From: the human T2T-CHM13v2.0 reference genome, Homo sapiens
DNA length: 64,000 bases
Reading direction: 5' to 3' (one strand)
Assembly: GCF_009914755.1 (NCBI RefSeq)
Contig: NC_060925.1
The notes below the pieces were generated by a model. That model made no database searches, was not told where the DNA came from, and saw nothing but the letters and a program-made list of their open reading frames with translations. Every line of letters begins with the position of its first letter. Position 1 is the first letter of the stretch. Positions 1-12,390 of this stretch are shown here, one piece after another. The position numbers and the translations under genes were made by a program.

Positions 1-890
1 CATGGTGACAGAAAAATGGAAATCAGTGGCACTAGGTGGCTGCCGTTCTCACAGTGAGAGTAAGTCCCATTACATCTCATAACAAACGAGCACAGTGAGC
101 CTTCCTATTAGTATTGGGCAAATGATCTTCCAGATGTGCCTAAATCCAAACCTCACAAAAGGAGCCAGGCCATAGAAAGGCAGTTTGCTCTGAGGCAAAA
201 TGACATTTTTCATGCTTAAATCACCACTTCCCTCCTCCACCATCCCCTCTTTGAAATGCTGAATTGTTAGAGCAGTGGGCATTATAGAAAAACAGGCAGG
301 TGGAGATTTCAGTTGGGCAGCTAGGAGCAGCCCATCTGCATTCCCCTGCCTTCCCAGAGCTCTGCCGCAGCTTCCCCACTGACCCCCTAAACCCCCACCG
401 CTGGCTCCCTCCTGCTGCCCAACTCCTCTGACTCGGGCTCCCAGGAAATCCCACCTCTGCCCTGATTTGAATTGAAACATCACCTGTGGATCCAGCCCCG
501 GGCCCTCTCTAAACCTGGTCAACTAGTCCAGTCCAGATCTTCCTGGCAAAGCCCAGTGTCCCTCTCACCCCCGGACACCCATGACAGGTCCAGGATTGGT
601 GTGTGGTGAATGTGGACACGCCAGACATGTCGTAAGGCCATTTTGGATTATTTCCTCAGCTGCTTCTAAAAACAGCTGCTTCCTAACTCCCCATCTCTAA
701 ATATCATAATTCACCCAGACCTACAAAATGTAAATGGAATTTAATAGAAATATTAAAATGTAAAACTCTACACAAAGTGTGTGAGGGAGGAGGCAGGCTC
801 TCCAGGAGATCTTGTACCTTTTCCTCAGTCCTACAATTACATCTTGGGGTTTTAAAAAAATCTGGGAAGATATTTAATGGATGAACAGAA

Positions 891-990
891 ATGGAGATGG
901 GAGGAGGGGAGAGTAGAAGACAGGGAGGGAGAGAAACAAAAGTGAAAGGGAGGGTAGAAGGGTGGGAGGGAGAAAGAAGGGACAGAAAGG
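891..990 (+). repeat. GA-rich low-complexity purine tract with G4-type G-runs (948-970)
   Basis: Almost only A/G; GGGAGGGTAGAAGGGTGGGAGGG at 948-970. Confidence 0.75.
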
Positions 991-1060
991 CATGTACCCT
1001 AAGCGGTTGATACAATTTCCCAACTTGGCTCACAACTCCTCACTTTGAGCACAGTAATAT

Positions 1061-1074
1061 TGCCACCTAGAGGC
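1061..1074 (-). promoter_or_regulatory. Candidate CTCF core motif
   Basis: Minus strand reads CCTCTAGGTGGCA, an 11/12 match to CCASYAGRKGGC; motif only, no binding data. Confidence 0.45.
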
Positions 1075-1239
1075 TTGAAAGTATGCTCCCGAACTTGGAC
1101 ACTCTTATGCAAGATTTATTTATTTGTGTAAGTAAACTCGTTATGGAGCTTTGAAAAGATGGAGACACATGATGGTGGGAGTGGGGGATAGCGGGGGTAC
1201 TATCCAGAAAGTCAGCATCTAGCCATTTCACAGTGGCTA

Positions 1240-2240
1240 ATATTAGTCACCTACTGTGTGCCAGGGACTGAGCAAAGTGCTAAGAGTACAAAAGAGACAT
1301 AGTTTCTCTCCTCAAGGATCTCAGTCTGCGGAGGAGACAGACACATATATAAGTAATGCAGACAATGAAAGTTACCATAAATGTACAAAAACATTGTACA
1401 CACAGTATAGGTGAATGGGAGATTAATTCTGACAAGAGGAGCTAGGGGAGGAGCTTGATCTAGAAAGAATTTACTGAAAAGATGGAACTAAGTGGGGTCA
1501 CAGGAAATCTAGAGACTCAGGAGAGAATACCAGGTTGAGGTAACCATCAAATGAGGCGCCAGTCTAGAAAGGACACCAAGCATGCTCACTACGACTGGAT
1601 TACAGGAAATATGACTCTTACCCACAGGTGGAGTGAAGAGAGGACAAAAACCAGGAGGATGAGCTGAACCGATTTGTAGAGGGCTTTGAATGCTAGGCTG
1701 AAGAACGTGTACTTTTTAAATTGCACAAGGACAGGGCTTTGTAACTGCTTTATTCACTCCAGTGTGCTCGGCACCTAGAATAGGGTTTGGCACTCAGTGG
1801 TTGGACAAGCAACATCTGTGGAATGAATGACTATAACAGGAAGCCCATGAAAGTTTTGGAGAAAGAATAATTGGATAAGATTTATGTTTCTAAAAAAACA
1901 TAATTTGAGACAATCTGTAGGAACGGAAGAAGGATAGAGGCTCCATTAGATATCTGCTTCCAAAGTCCAAGAGGTGTGGGTCTGACCCAAGGCACGGTGG
2001 AGAAAATGGAGAGGGCTGAATGGCTGTGCACAATTTTGACAAAGTAGAATCTAGAGGACTTCAATACCAACACCAGGTATATGGGCTAACCCAGAATGAT
2101 GGCACTGGCCAAGATAGGAAATGAAGAGCTGTTTGGGGAAGAAGATAATGAGTTTAGTTTGAGAAATGGAGCATTCCAGTTTCTGGGAGTAGAACCAAGT
2201 ATAGATGCCTAGCATGCAGTTAAAGATAGAGTGTGGCGCT
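1240..2240 (-). mobile_element. L2 LINE relic (3' region), with a separate + strand L2 tail at about 1728-1830
   Basis: CACCTACTGTGTGCCAGG (antisense L2 tail) followed by degenerate L2 body; GAATGAATGA tail near 1830; boundaries approximate. Confidence 0.65.
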
Positions 2241-2439
2241 CTGGGCACACGCATACTCCCTGCACACACACACATGCACGTACTCACCTGATCTAAATAC
2301 TACTGACATTTTGTTTACTGCTGTTAGAGAGAAGGAGCCTACACTGATCTTGAGAACCTAGGCAGCTGCTAGTTTTAATCTTGTGGCCTTGAAACCAAAC
2401 AGCAGTGTTTATTTTGGAAGAGCAAGAAGGCTAGAGGAG

Positions 2440-2560
2440 CATCCTCAGTTTCCATATCTGGAAAATATGAATTACTGTAAAGATTGAATAATCTAACCCA
2501 TGAAAAGTGCTTAACCCAGTGTCTGACACAAGAGATAAGTATGCAATAACTGTTAGCTTA
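2440..2560 (+). mobile_element. MIR SINE fragment
   Basis: CCTCAGTTTCCATATCTGGAAAAT core and AAAGTGCTTAACCCAGTGTCTGACACA 3' end. Confidence 0.7.
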
Positions 2561-2621
2561 CAGTTTAATTTCTCATGTCTTGGAAGACCGCAAGATTAAA
2601 GTTCAAAACTTGGCCATCCAT

Positions 2622-2996
2622 TGTATTAGTCCATTCTCACGCTGCTAATAAAGACATACCCGAGACTGGGTAATTCATAAAGGAAAAAGGTTTAATTGAC
2701 TCACAGTTCAGCATGGCTGGGGAGGCCTCAGGAAGCTTATGATCATGGCGGAAGGGGAAACAAACACATCTTTCCTCACAAGGTGGCAGGAAGGGGAAGA
2801 ATGAGACCTGAGTGAAGGGGGAAGCCCCCTATAAAACCATCAGATCTCATAAGAACTTACTCTCACTATCACGAGAATAGCATGGGGGAACCACCCCCAT
2901 GGTTCAATTACCTCCCATCAGGTCCCTCCAACCACACATAGGGATTATGGGAACTACAAGATGAGAATTGGGTGGGGACACAGCCAAACCATATCA
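2622..2996 (-). mobile_element. THE1 (THE1B/C-like) MaLR solo LTR inserted in a MIR
   Basis: TGTATTAGTCCATTCTCAC...GGGGACACAGCCAAACCATATCA are the reverse-complement THE1 termini; about 375 bp; MIR sequence on both sides. Confidence 0.92.
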
Positions 2997-3170
2997 TCCC
3001 CTTATCATCTGCATGACCTTGAAGAGGAAGACTGACCTCTCTTAGTCTCAGTTTGCTCTTCTGGTAACTGGGAAGAGTATTACTTGCCATACCTGCCTCA
3101 CAAGATAAAATGAGATAGTGTACATAAATTGTTCTGTAAACTTAAAGTCAATTTATACATATTATGTATT
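2997..3170 (+). mobile_element. MIR (continuation of the element interrupted by THE1)
   Basis: TGACCTTG...TCTCAGTTTGCTCTTCTGGTAACTGGG MIR core. Confidence 0.65.
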
Positions 3171-4022
3171 ATTTGTGAAATAGAAGATAATAGCAGAAAA
3201 ATCTCTGAACTCCTTCAAGGTATTATGGTTCTAAATAAGCGTGTATTTTTTTAACACCCATTTACTCCAAAGAAAGAGAAACTTCTCTGGCCCCATTTAG
3301 CAAGAAATTCCTCACTTGCCACCTTTCTCCATTCCAGACATGCTTTCATCATAGCACATTTCCTTTATTCCATCTTCAATTCAGATTTAAAAAGAAATCT
3401 TTGAAACTCCGCAGCTGGTAGAACCACTAGGGAATCAAAGCATATTTGTTCTCTCTTCTACATATTCCCTACGTGGCTGACCAATCAAATTCATACTGTT
3501 AATCTGAATTGAAAGGAAATAGGATATTATTTAAAGAAGATAAAGATAACCATTGTGGCAGAATAGGGACAAATAAGGTTATTCAACTTCTGACCCAAAA
3601 GATTTTTTGTTTGTTCTTTGCCCCGTTAATTCTCTCTAGAACATATCTGTAATGAAAAGCCAAGAACCTGGACAGCTGCTGGTTTTAGCCTTGTGGCCAT
3701 CAGTCCACCTCTGCATCTGTATTTACAGGGTGAGAGCTCATAGAATCACTGGCCTGGAACACATGGAAATGGAATATGATGTGATTTTCTTCAGCCCGAT
3801 TTACAACACAACACAGAAACTCTTTTTGCAGAGTTGGTGACCAGCAAGCATTTAGCCTAAGTTTAATCTCCCTTAGGAGCAGGTACCCACCATTCTGTGA
3901 AGGGCTCATGCCAACAATGGGCAGAGTAAATCAATCCTTGGAAGGCTCTTCTCTATTTTACCTTCCTGGTGACCTCCGCCCCCCGCCCACCTCCAACCCT
4001 TAACCCCACCCTTCTCTCAGAG

Positions 4023-4036
4023 CTGCCCCCTGGCGT
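4023..4036 (-). promoter_or_regulatory. Candidate CTCF core motif next to GC boxes (3973-3990)
   Basis: Minus strand reads ACGCCAGGGGGCAG; CCGCCCCCCGCCC about 40 bp upstream on +. Confidence 0.4.
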
Positions 4037-4404
4037 TGCACAGAACGAACCTCTTTTTTCCTCTCAGCTTTCTCTTCTCCAAACTAAGTAGCCCTCTGTT
4101 CCCCAAGATGCCCTCTTATGATATATTTTGCTGCCTCAACTCATATCTAAATAAAAACTACATCTACAAAAAAGACTTGAGATTTCATTGTTATGTGTAA
4201 ACCCAGATGGCCACTGTGGATTAACTCTCTGAAGGACCAGGACTGTACTGGATGATTACTAAGTAGCCCCACTCTGCAGAAGGACTGCATGTTTGTGTGA
4301 TATTTTCTGTTATCACAGGCTTGGGGCTGATTGATGAACTATTTCATACTACCACAGCCCCTCTGAGGCAGACAGCCATGACCACAATTTATAGAGGAAG
4401 GTTT

Positions 4405-4778
4405 GAGGCATTTTCAACTCATCTCAAACCAATGTAACAGTGCCTCCCCTCCCGTTCCCATTTCTGCTTGTGGCACCATTATTCTCTCAGTGAGCCCCAT
4501 CCTGGAGACGTAGACCCAGCTTCAAAGGCTCCTTCTCCATCCTCACATACTTAGTAAGTTACCACTTCCATCCGTCTTCTACCTTTACCTTATCTCCTGC
4601 ATCCACTGCTCTTTATTTTGACTGCCGCCATATATATCCGCCCAAGTCCTTCTCGTGTTCAGAAACATCTAATGATTTTCAAGTTGCCTAATTTAAAAAA
4701 AAATTTAGGCCTAGTCCTCAATTTTCTCCAAAACCTAGCTATATCCAGTCTTACTAGCAAAGTCTTCCAGGGCTCTCT
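4405..4778 (+). mobile_element. L2 relic (resumes at about 5285-5420 after an LTR insertion)
   Basis: GGCACCATTATTCTCTCAGT and other degenerate L2 ORF2 3' sequence. Confidence 0.55.
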
Positions 4779-5270
4779 GTATTGGTCAGGTTTTTACCAG
4801 GAACCAGATGGCACACACACTCAAGGATTCAACTACAAAGAACTCACTTATTGGGACTATTTAAAGGAACCATCAAGGGAAGGTAAAACTTGGAGGAACC
4901 AGCAACCAAGGAGAAGCCCTAACTGTCCCTAGGTCTGAAGGAGCAAAAGGTAGGAACCATGTCACTAGATTACCCCCATGACATCTGGAGCTAGAGGAAC
5001 ATGAGCCTAGACTGAAGTGTTGCTAGAGAACTGGAGCCTCCACTGGAACCTCAGCCAGCTGGGGATAGGGAGGAGGCCCATGAGAAGAAAGGGAATAAAG
5101 AACCTATCTCTCTTTATTCCCATCCTCTAATGGCTTGCCATCCCTCCTATTGTTCAATTCCAATAGGAAACCTCAGGACAAGGGGGCCCATGTGATCCAA
5201 ACAGAGAAGTCAGCTTCCTGGGACACAGAGCAAGGATGAGAAAAGCAAAGAATAAAGCATAGACATAGTG
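4779..5270 (-). mobile_element. Old MaLR/ERVL-type LTR (MLT1K/N-like)
   Basis: Starts TGTATTGGTCAGG; contains GTCAGCTTCCTGGGACACAGAGCAAGG typical of old MLT1 LTRs; subfamily uncertain. Confidence 0.55.
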
Positions 5271-6315
5271 AGCATCAGGAGAATAAACGCACATTTCATT
5301 GCTTGTACCCTATCTTCCATCAAAAGCATGAGCTCACTATTTCCTAATTACATACACAATTTCCTGATATTGTGCTTTGATTCACACCACCTCCTCTCTT
5401 TGGAATGTCCTTCCCTGCAGGGGAGACTTGCTTGGGGTCATTTGAGAGGCACTGAGGGTTATACATTCATTTAGAAGACTCTTATTGCATGCCTAATACA
5501 CACAGATATATTTGGTAAAATGACAGAGGATAGAGGAAGAGGGCAGCTACTGCAGGCAAGTCCTCAAAGGTGGGGCTCATCACAAGGAGGGATGCTCAAA
5601 GGAATCCCTACAGGCCCTCAATATACTCTGTAAAAAAGGAGAAGCAGGCTCTGGAAATGAAAATATAGACCTGTGTGTGATGACGTCTTTCACTGGCAGC
5701 CGGAAGGCAAAGTCCATCTCTCTCAGCACCTCATATATCTCAGGTCAGGGGCTCACAGCAGGACCACTAGGGAAATTGGGGCTTCAGAGCCTGGGTGCTT
5801 TTAGGGAGAGCCCCTTACCCACTGTCAGCCTCCCAGGCCCCTTAAATTGATCCGTGGAACAGTAAGACTGGCTCCACACTTAACAATTCCTTTTAGAGTA
5901 AAGGGTTTCCTCCCTGCACAGTTCTTGCCTTTTGTCAAGGAAAATAAAAGAAGAATCAGCCTTGAGTGAATTCCTTGTAGCAGGATGTTTGCAGGCAGCA
6001 GATGCAGCTAGGAGCACACACAGCATATTTGTCTGAAACCTCTCCTGCTGCACAAAGGCAGGAGGCCATTGCCTCCATTGCATCAAGGTCACCCTGGGGG
6101 CTGGGGCTTGGTTATCAGTCTTCAGGGGGTCAGGGAAGCTTCATTTCCTTTCAAGGAGGGTAAGTGTGGCAAAATGGGGGGCACCCAGGCATTCTAGATG
6201 GATCTAGAGAACTGGTAATGCTCCTGCTATCCTGCAAGAGAATGCTTTCAAAGAGAAAAATCAGGAGTGCTCAGGAGGAATCTTCCCATTCATGAATTCA
6301 ATGAACATTTGCACT

Positions 6316-6505
6316 TAGCCTGGCAAAGAGCGTCAACTGTGAGCAAAACTGAATGGGTTCAAATTCTATCTGCACTATGCAGACTTGGACAATTTGGGTA
6401 TTATCTCTGTGCCTCTCTGCTAGGAAGCCTAAATAAATTAACACATGTTAAGTGATTAGCACAGTACCTGGTACACAGTGATAGCTCTCAAGAAAAATCA
6501 GCTGT
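6316..6505 (+). mobile_element. MIR
   Basis: GGGTTCAAATTCT B-box-like segment and TTAGCACAGTACCTGGTACACAGT 3' end. Confidence 0.7.
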
Positions 6506-6589
6506 TTGGTTAATATGTACCAGTTGTGGTAGGCACAGGTAAACACAACACGTATCAGCCATCCTCTCAAAGAACTTGAATAACAAAGA

Positions 6590-6750
6590 TAATCACTAAC
6601 ATTTGGAGCATTTACTAAACATTATGCATTGTTATAGCACTGACATGTATTGCTGTCATTTAATCCTCTCAATATCTCCTTTTTTTGATGAAGACGTTGG
6701 GGTGAAAGTTGGTTATGTAATTTACCCAAAATTATTCAACTGGTAAGGAT
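6590..6750 (-). mobile_element. MIR
   Basis: TCATTTAATCCTCTCAA...GTAATTTACCCAAAATTAT antisense MIR. Confidence 0.6.
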
Positions 6751-6759
6751 TGAAAAGTA

Positions 6760-7285
6760 GCAATCAAGTAAATCAAAAGATGAATTCATAATTACAGATG
6801 GTGAGAAATGCTATGAAGAAAGTGAAAAACATGCAGTGATGGAGTGCCATGGAGGGTCCCACCAGAAAGTGTGTCCAGGGCAGCCCAAGCTAAGACCTGA
6901 AACAACAAAAGCAATCAGTCATGCAAAGGGAAAGGGGAAGGCATTCCAGGCAGAGGGAAGAGCACCATAAGAGGAGATGCAGAAGTGAGAAAGAGACCTG
7001 AGCACTCGAGAAACTGAAAGAAGACTAAAGTGTCTGGAATGCAGCAAATGAAGGAGAAAACGGTGACCGGAGTCTGGATTGGAAGGCAGAAGCCTAATCA
7101 TGGCAAGACCTCACAGACCATTATAAAGACCTCAAATCTAAATGCAAAGGAAGCTGCTAGAGGGGTTAAAAAGTAAGGGAGTCACACGATCTGAATGTTT
7201 TCATGGAGTAAGCCTGGAATGAAAGTAGGGGGACCCTCAGAAGGCAGCTTTGATAGTATTTAGTGACTCGGACCAGAGACATGTC
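6760..7285 (-). mobile_element. L2 relic
   Basis: GGCATTCCAGGCAGAGGGAAGAGCA hallmark of antisense L2. Confidence 0.7.
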
Positions 7286-7794
7286 AAGCTCCTCATGGAC
7301 AAGGAATGTGCCTTGTGACCCTTATAGAACAATGCGACCAGCACTCACATCCCCAGCCCAGGCTTGACACAGACACAAATAAGCTTTTTGTGTTTTTCCA
7401 TCATCACCATCATGGTCACTGCCATTGCCATCACTATCAAATCATGGGTCAAGGTCAAAGTGGTCCTGGGGTAGTCATGACTCCACTGAGGCCACCAGGC
7501 ATTGGACCTCCTCTCTGGAATCTGCCATCAGAGCAATAGCCCAGTGCCTCAACCACAGTGCATTCGCAGACATCTAAAGAAACTGATATAAACAGCCCAG
7601 AAAAAGAGTCTGTACAAATAGCCCCATGCACTTATGGAAGGAGGAAGACTCAGAGCAATCATGGGAATTGCATGTTAGCTACAACTGACTATTTATTAAA
7701 CTTCTGCCTGATTGCGAACCAGGAACAGTAAGTATCCACTGCCCCCTTCTCTCCATATCTGAATCCTTGATACACTCTTATGTAATACTGAGAT

Positions 7795-8545
7795 ACTTAT
7801 TCATTCATTACACACCAAAAGTGATTGAGTTAACCTGCTGTACCTCCTGTACTGGGTGTTGGAGATATATTAAGACAAATAAAATACCAACTCTTCCCTC
7901 AAGGACCTCAAGGCTTCTTACCTAACAGGCAAGTAAAAGGGCAGTTATAATGCAATATGATTGCAGCCAGGAAAAGAGAAGTACCAGAAGATGTGGATGC
8001 CCTTAAAATGGACATTTAACCCAGAGTCAGGAGCAGATTCTCAGGGAGAGAAGGAGGGGGAGACATAAAGGAGGTAAAACAGCATGTACAAGATTGGAGA
8101 GCACTTCCGCGGCATTCAAGGGGCTGGGGGCACTCAGTGTGGCTCAAGCTCAACATCGAGGAGGTGAGAAGGAAACCCAAGGTGAACTCACATCAGGAAG
8201 AGCCTTTAGGTTATGCTAGGAAATTAGGATTTTTTCCAAATTCTCTGCAGAGCCATTAAATATCTTAAGGAAGTATACAATAGTCATATTTTCTTTTAGA
8301 AAATCCTGCTATGTGCAGCATGAAAAGCATCACAGAGAGGGAAGAACTGGAGGTGGGAAAGCCGGGGACAAGATTCTTGTAGGAATTCAGATAAGAAATA
8401 AAGAGGGTGGGAGCCAGGCAGAAGCAAAGAGGCTGGGGAAAAGGAGGAGGAACCAGCAAGGTAAGAGCAGAGTAGAGTCTACAGGAGATTTTGATCAATT
8501 GGATTTGGTGGGAAAAAGGGGGAAAAAGAGGATTAAATTTTCCTC
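7795..8545 (-). mobile_element. L2 relic with a residual ORF2 C-terminal reading frame
   Basis: TTATTCATTCA tail at about 7797; minus-strand translation HQIQLIKISCRLY...LFISYLNSYKNLVPGFP resembles L2/CR1 HIQSITKSCRFYL...LIISHLDYCNSLLTGLP. Confidence 0.65.
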
Positions 8546-9069
8546 CCACGTATGGGAAATGAGGACATATTGCAAAAGGCCCAGTGTGCAAGCCTAGGGT
8601 GGGGCCTTGACATGGCAGACATGGGGAGACACTCAATGTTTTTGAATGAGGAAAGAACATGACCATTAATAAGATTAATGTGCCATTGATGTGTAAAATC
8701 CTGGTTGGAAGAGAGACACAGGAGGGGAGAAGACAAGGAAGGATGCTCTTGTGAAGCTCTGCCAAGTGTGAAGAACAAGGGCCTGAACTGGAGACGTGAA
8801 CGTGGACACGAAAGCCAGGACATGGGAGGGAATGGCAAGCAAGCTTCTTAAAGGGAATGAGATTGAGAGCAGGGGTTGAAGCCTTAGCCTTGGCATGGAG
8901 GAAGGGCTCTTCATTCTCAGAAACAGAGCAAAGCAGAGGGAGGCAGAGACCATAGACAACTTCCAGGTGAAGAAGAACAAATATCTGCCCCAAGCTTCTC
9001 AGCGTCATCAGCAGCCATGAAGAGCCAGCTAAGAGTGAGTGGCATCCACTAAGCATTATATGGAAAGCA

Positions 9070-9320
9070 AATATTTAAATACATATCAAAAAAATGTTCA
9101 GACTGTATTAAGTTTTTTAAAAAAAGCAAATTACAAAAATGATATAGTTATTAGAATCCTGTTTGTTAGAAACATATGTGTATGTGGACAGGCAAGCTAC
9201 ACACCAGGATGTTAATGGTGGCTATCTCTGAGAAGGAGAGCTCTAGGTGATTTTTATTTTCTTCTAGATGCTTTTTGATATTTTCTACAATGAACAAGCA
9301 TGACTTTTGTAATCAGAAAC
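9070..9320 (+). mobile_element. Old L1M (L1ME-like) 3' end
   Basis: TGTTAATGGTGGCTATCTCTG...TTTTCTACAATGAACAAGCATGACTTTTGTAATCAGAAA. Confidence 0.65.
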
Positions 9321-10847
9321 CCAGCAGAGTTTAAAATATATTTGTTAAGCTTATATAGCATGGCTGTCTCCCAGAATTGAAGTGAGGGACCTGTTTGTTA
9401 ACTTCTTTTTTCCAGTACATTTATGGTTCTCGGGATGCAGAGTAACTCAAATGTTTCTAATGGGAAAAGCTGGAGGTGCATTTACAGCATACCCAGGAGG
9501 ACCCTCACTGCTCACCAGAGGGTCTTCAGCCCCATTCCCCAGTACAGACGGTACTGGCTTCAGGTCTCACCTCCCAGGGAAACATGCCCAGCACAGCAAG
9601 CTCTGAGCCCCTCGCTTCTCCACCCCTCAAAACAAGCAGTGCTGCCTTTTGGTAGGAGGAAAAGGAGATGTGGAAAGCCTACAAAAAGCAGCACTGCCTC
9701 TCTTCTTTTTCTGCTCCCCCACCCCTGCCCAAGCCTTAACTACAAAAGTTCCACTGCTGGCAATCAACTCACTTCCCTTATCTTCCTGCTCCCAAATTCT
9801 CTCTTCCTCAAATTATTAAAAATGCCATTTAGTTTCAAATTCCTGGTAGGAACAGGGGACAGTGCTGAATAAAAGAACCCCTTTTTTTAAGGGGAAGGGA
9901 GTTGGGTGGGAGAGAATAAGGATGCAAATCAGAACCTGCCAGGTTTTGTTATCCCCACTAAGGCCACCTGTATTCACAAAGCTTCTTAAATATTCCTCAT
10001 CACTACAGAGCTTTGGACCCCAGTCTCAAGTAGTTGCTTGCAGAGGATTTCCAAAGAAATGAAGGTTCAGGCCTTTTCAGCAGAATAAATTCTACCTGTT
10101 GTGGGTTGAGGATAATGATGTAGAAATAAACAGATGAAAAGGGGAAATCCCTGTAGGAAGTTCCTCTAGTCTGTGACGGATTTTCCCAGCAGCTTCTGGA
10201 CACCAGGAGTGGGGATGCCTGGAGATTTTCCACATCCTTATAGATGACAAATAGCAACAATAAGGTCCAGTTCCCTTTGTCACTCAGCCTCACAGGTAGG
10301 TTAAAGGGAGGATGTCATCTCTTTTTACACTGCCCAATCCTCAAAAACAGAATTCTCAAAATTCAGAATCTCTCTGAATTTTCTGAGTTAATAAAATAAG
10401 ACACAAAGAAGTTAAAAAAGGTGCCCCAGGTCACCCAGTATTTATTTTTTTTATTCATTACTAGATATTTATGAAGTCCCTCAGGCCCCAGGGATTCCAT
10501 CCAGGTGCTATGCTGAGTGTTGGCATCAGAGCCCTACCCTCCAGGGCCTATCATCCAGTTATGACAGGGCTGTGACTTGAACCTAGGACCCCGACGCTGG
10601 TCTAGAACACTTTCCCCTCCAGCACATTCCATTTCTCAGTCTGATCTTCTCACTTCATGAAAAAAAAAATTAATTTTCTAAAGTCTTCCAAACATTTTAT
10701 TTAAAATTTTTATTTACAAAAACAATTATTTCTAACTCCAAACATACAGCAGGAAGAGTGTCCTTAAATTCTAGGACAGCATTACCTTGAGCTTCTAAAA
10801 ATAAATAAGCTACTTTTGTATTACTTAGGAGGAATCTTAAAATACCG

Positions 10848-10926
10848 TTGGGTCGGTGCAAAAGTTACTGTGGTTTTTGCCATTGAAAGTAATGGCAAAA
10901 CCGCAATAACTTTTGCACCAACCTAA
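10848..10926. mobile_element. MADE1 MITE (Hsmar1-derived palindrome; source family of miR-548 hairpins)
   Basis: 79 bp: TTGGGTCGGTGCAAAAGTTACTGTGGTTTTTGCCATT-GAAAGT-AATGGCAAAACCGCAATAACTTTTGCACCAACCTAA, followed by TA. Confidence 0.95.
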
Positions 10927-11167
10927 TAGTAATAATGCCTTGGGTTTAGAATAACAGCTTTCTTCTGAAATGCTTAAAGAGCTTCTACTGATGGTATCTC
11001 ATTTCTTCTCACAATGTTGCCAAGACTTTTAATGGAAGGTTCTATGAGGAAAAATGAGATACAGCATTTGAAACAATGATTAATGAAGACATTAGACTAC
11101 ATGTTGGTTGTCTGATTTCCTGCCTGTCCATGGTTGTTTAGGTAAGAAGAGTAAAACAAGTATTTAG

Positions 11168-11252
11168 AGAATCATAGAAAGTTAGGGACAAAAAGGACAA
11201 CAGATGTCATTTAGAGCAGCCTCATAATTTTACAGATGAGAAAACTGAGGCT
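11168..11252 (-). mobile_element. MIR/MIR3 fragment
   Basis: AGAATCATAGAA...ATTTTACAGATGAGAAAACTGAGGCT. Confidence 0.7.
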
Positions 11253-12075
11253 ATTCTGTGGAGCTGCCATCCCCCGTTCCCAAGTGGCTGCCCAATATCA
11301 CATCCACCATCAAAATTCAGCCTATACTTGGTTGCTGGAAGACAGGCCACAGGAGAAGCCCTTTAAGTAATAAAAAACTGAAGTAAATGTCCAAGAGCTA
11401 TGACAAACTGGGAAGAGGACTTAGGAAATGAAATAAGCTGAAAGAGCACAATGATTTGGGTACTGCATTCTGCTGACACCTTCACAATCAAAAATCAACA
11501 GGAAGAGGTCATCTTGACAGGGTTAACATGAGCTTGACTGCAAGGTCACCTCTGACAACAGTGGCCCAGGCCAAGGCTGAATGCAGTCAAAATAACAAGC
11601 CCCAGGAAGCCTTGAGGACCAGAGGAAAGCTTGCACTCTCTAAGGAGAATGTAGTGTAGCTAGTAAAAGAGAAAGGTTTTAAAATGAAACAAGAAAGAAA
11701 GAAAATGTCTGACCTGTTTTTATTCCCAGATTTGTATTTTTCCAAATCACATCAACCCAGGGCCATCATCTCGCACACATCCAGGGCTCCTCTCACATAT
11801 GCAGCATGGTAGCCCCAACAAACATGGCCAAGGGCCGGGTGACCTTGGAGAGGATTCTCTCTACTTCCAGTGTGAATAAGAAACTCCCAGTGGAGGGTCA
11901 GTAATGAGGGCACAAGCAGGGAGAAGGGAGAGCCAGAGGGTATAGAGCGACTGGCTGGATGGACAGGGGGTCTCCAGGAGCTCAGATGATTGACTCATTT
12001 ATCCATGGTAACAGCAAGAAAGGTAGCCCAGTTAATTTAAATCCTTGGCTATAGTTGAAACCCCACTGTAGCTGA

Positions 12076-12390
<315 letters not shown>

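Noticed and set aside
1-65. Possible exon end (GAGA/GTAAGT at 59/60); similar isolated splice-like signals at about 7728 (+ donor) and about 19344 (- acceptor)
   Set aside because: No matched acceptor/donor pair, and no recognisable protein in any frame; such motifs are frequent by chance. Spliced RNA alignments would be needed.
5961-5973. 13-mer CTTGAGTGAATTC repeated at 32561
   Set aside because: No extension of similarity; expected by chance at this window size.
7306-7539. His-rich 77-aa ORF
   Set aside because: Produced by a degenerate (CAT/CAC)n simple repeat.
7822-7832. Perfect DUX4-type motif (TAACTCAATCA on the minus strand)
   Set aside because: A single degenerate 11-mer is plausible by chance in 64 kb. 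The usual DUX4 positions in the two THE1 LTRs are mismatched (TAATTGAACCA, TGACTGGATCA).
11330-11600. Possible L3/CR1 relic
   Set aside because: Only a faint resemblance; cannot be supported without an alignment.
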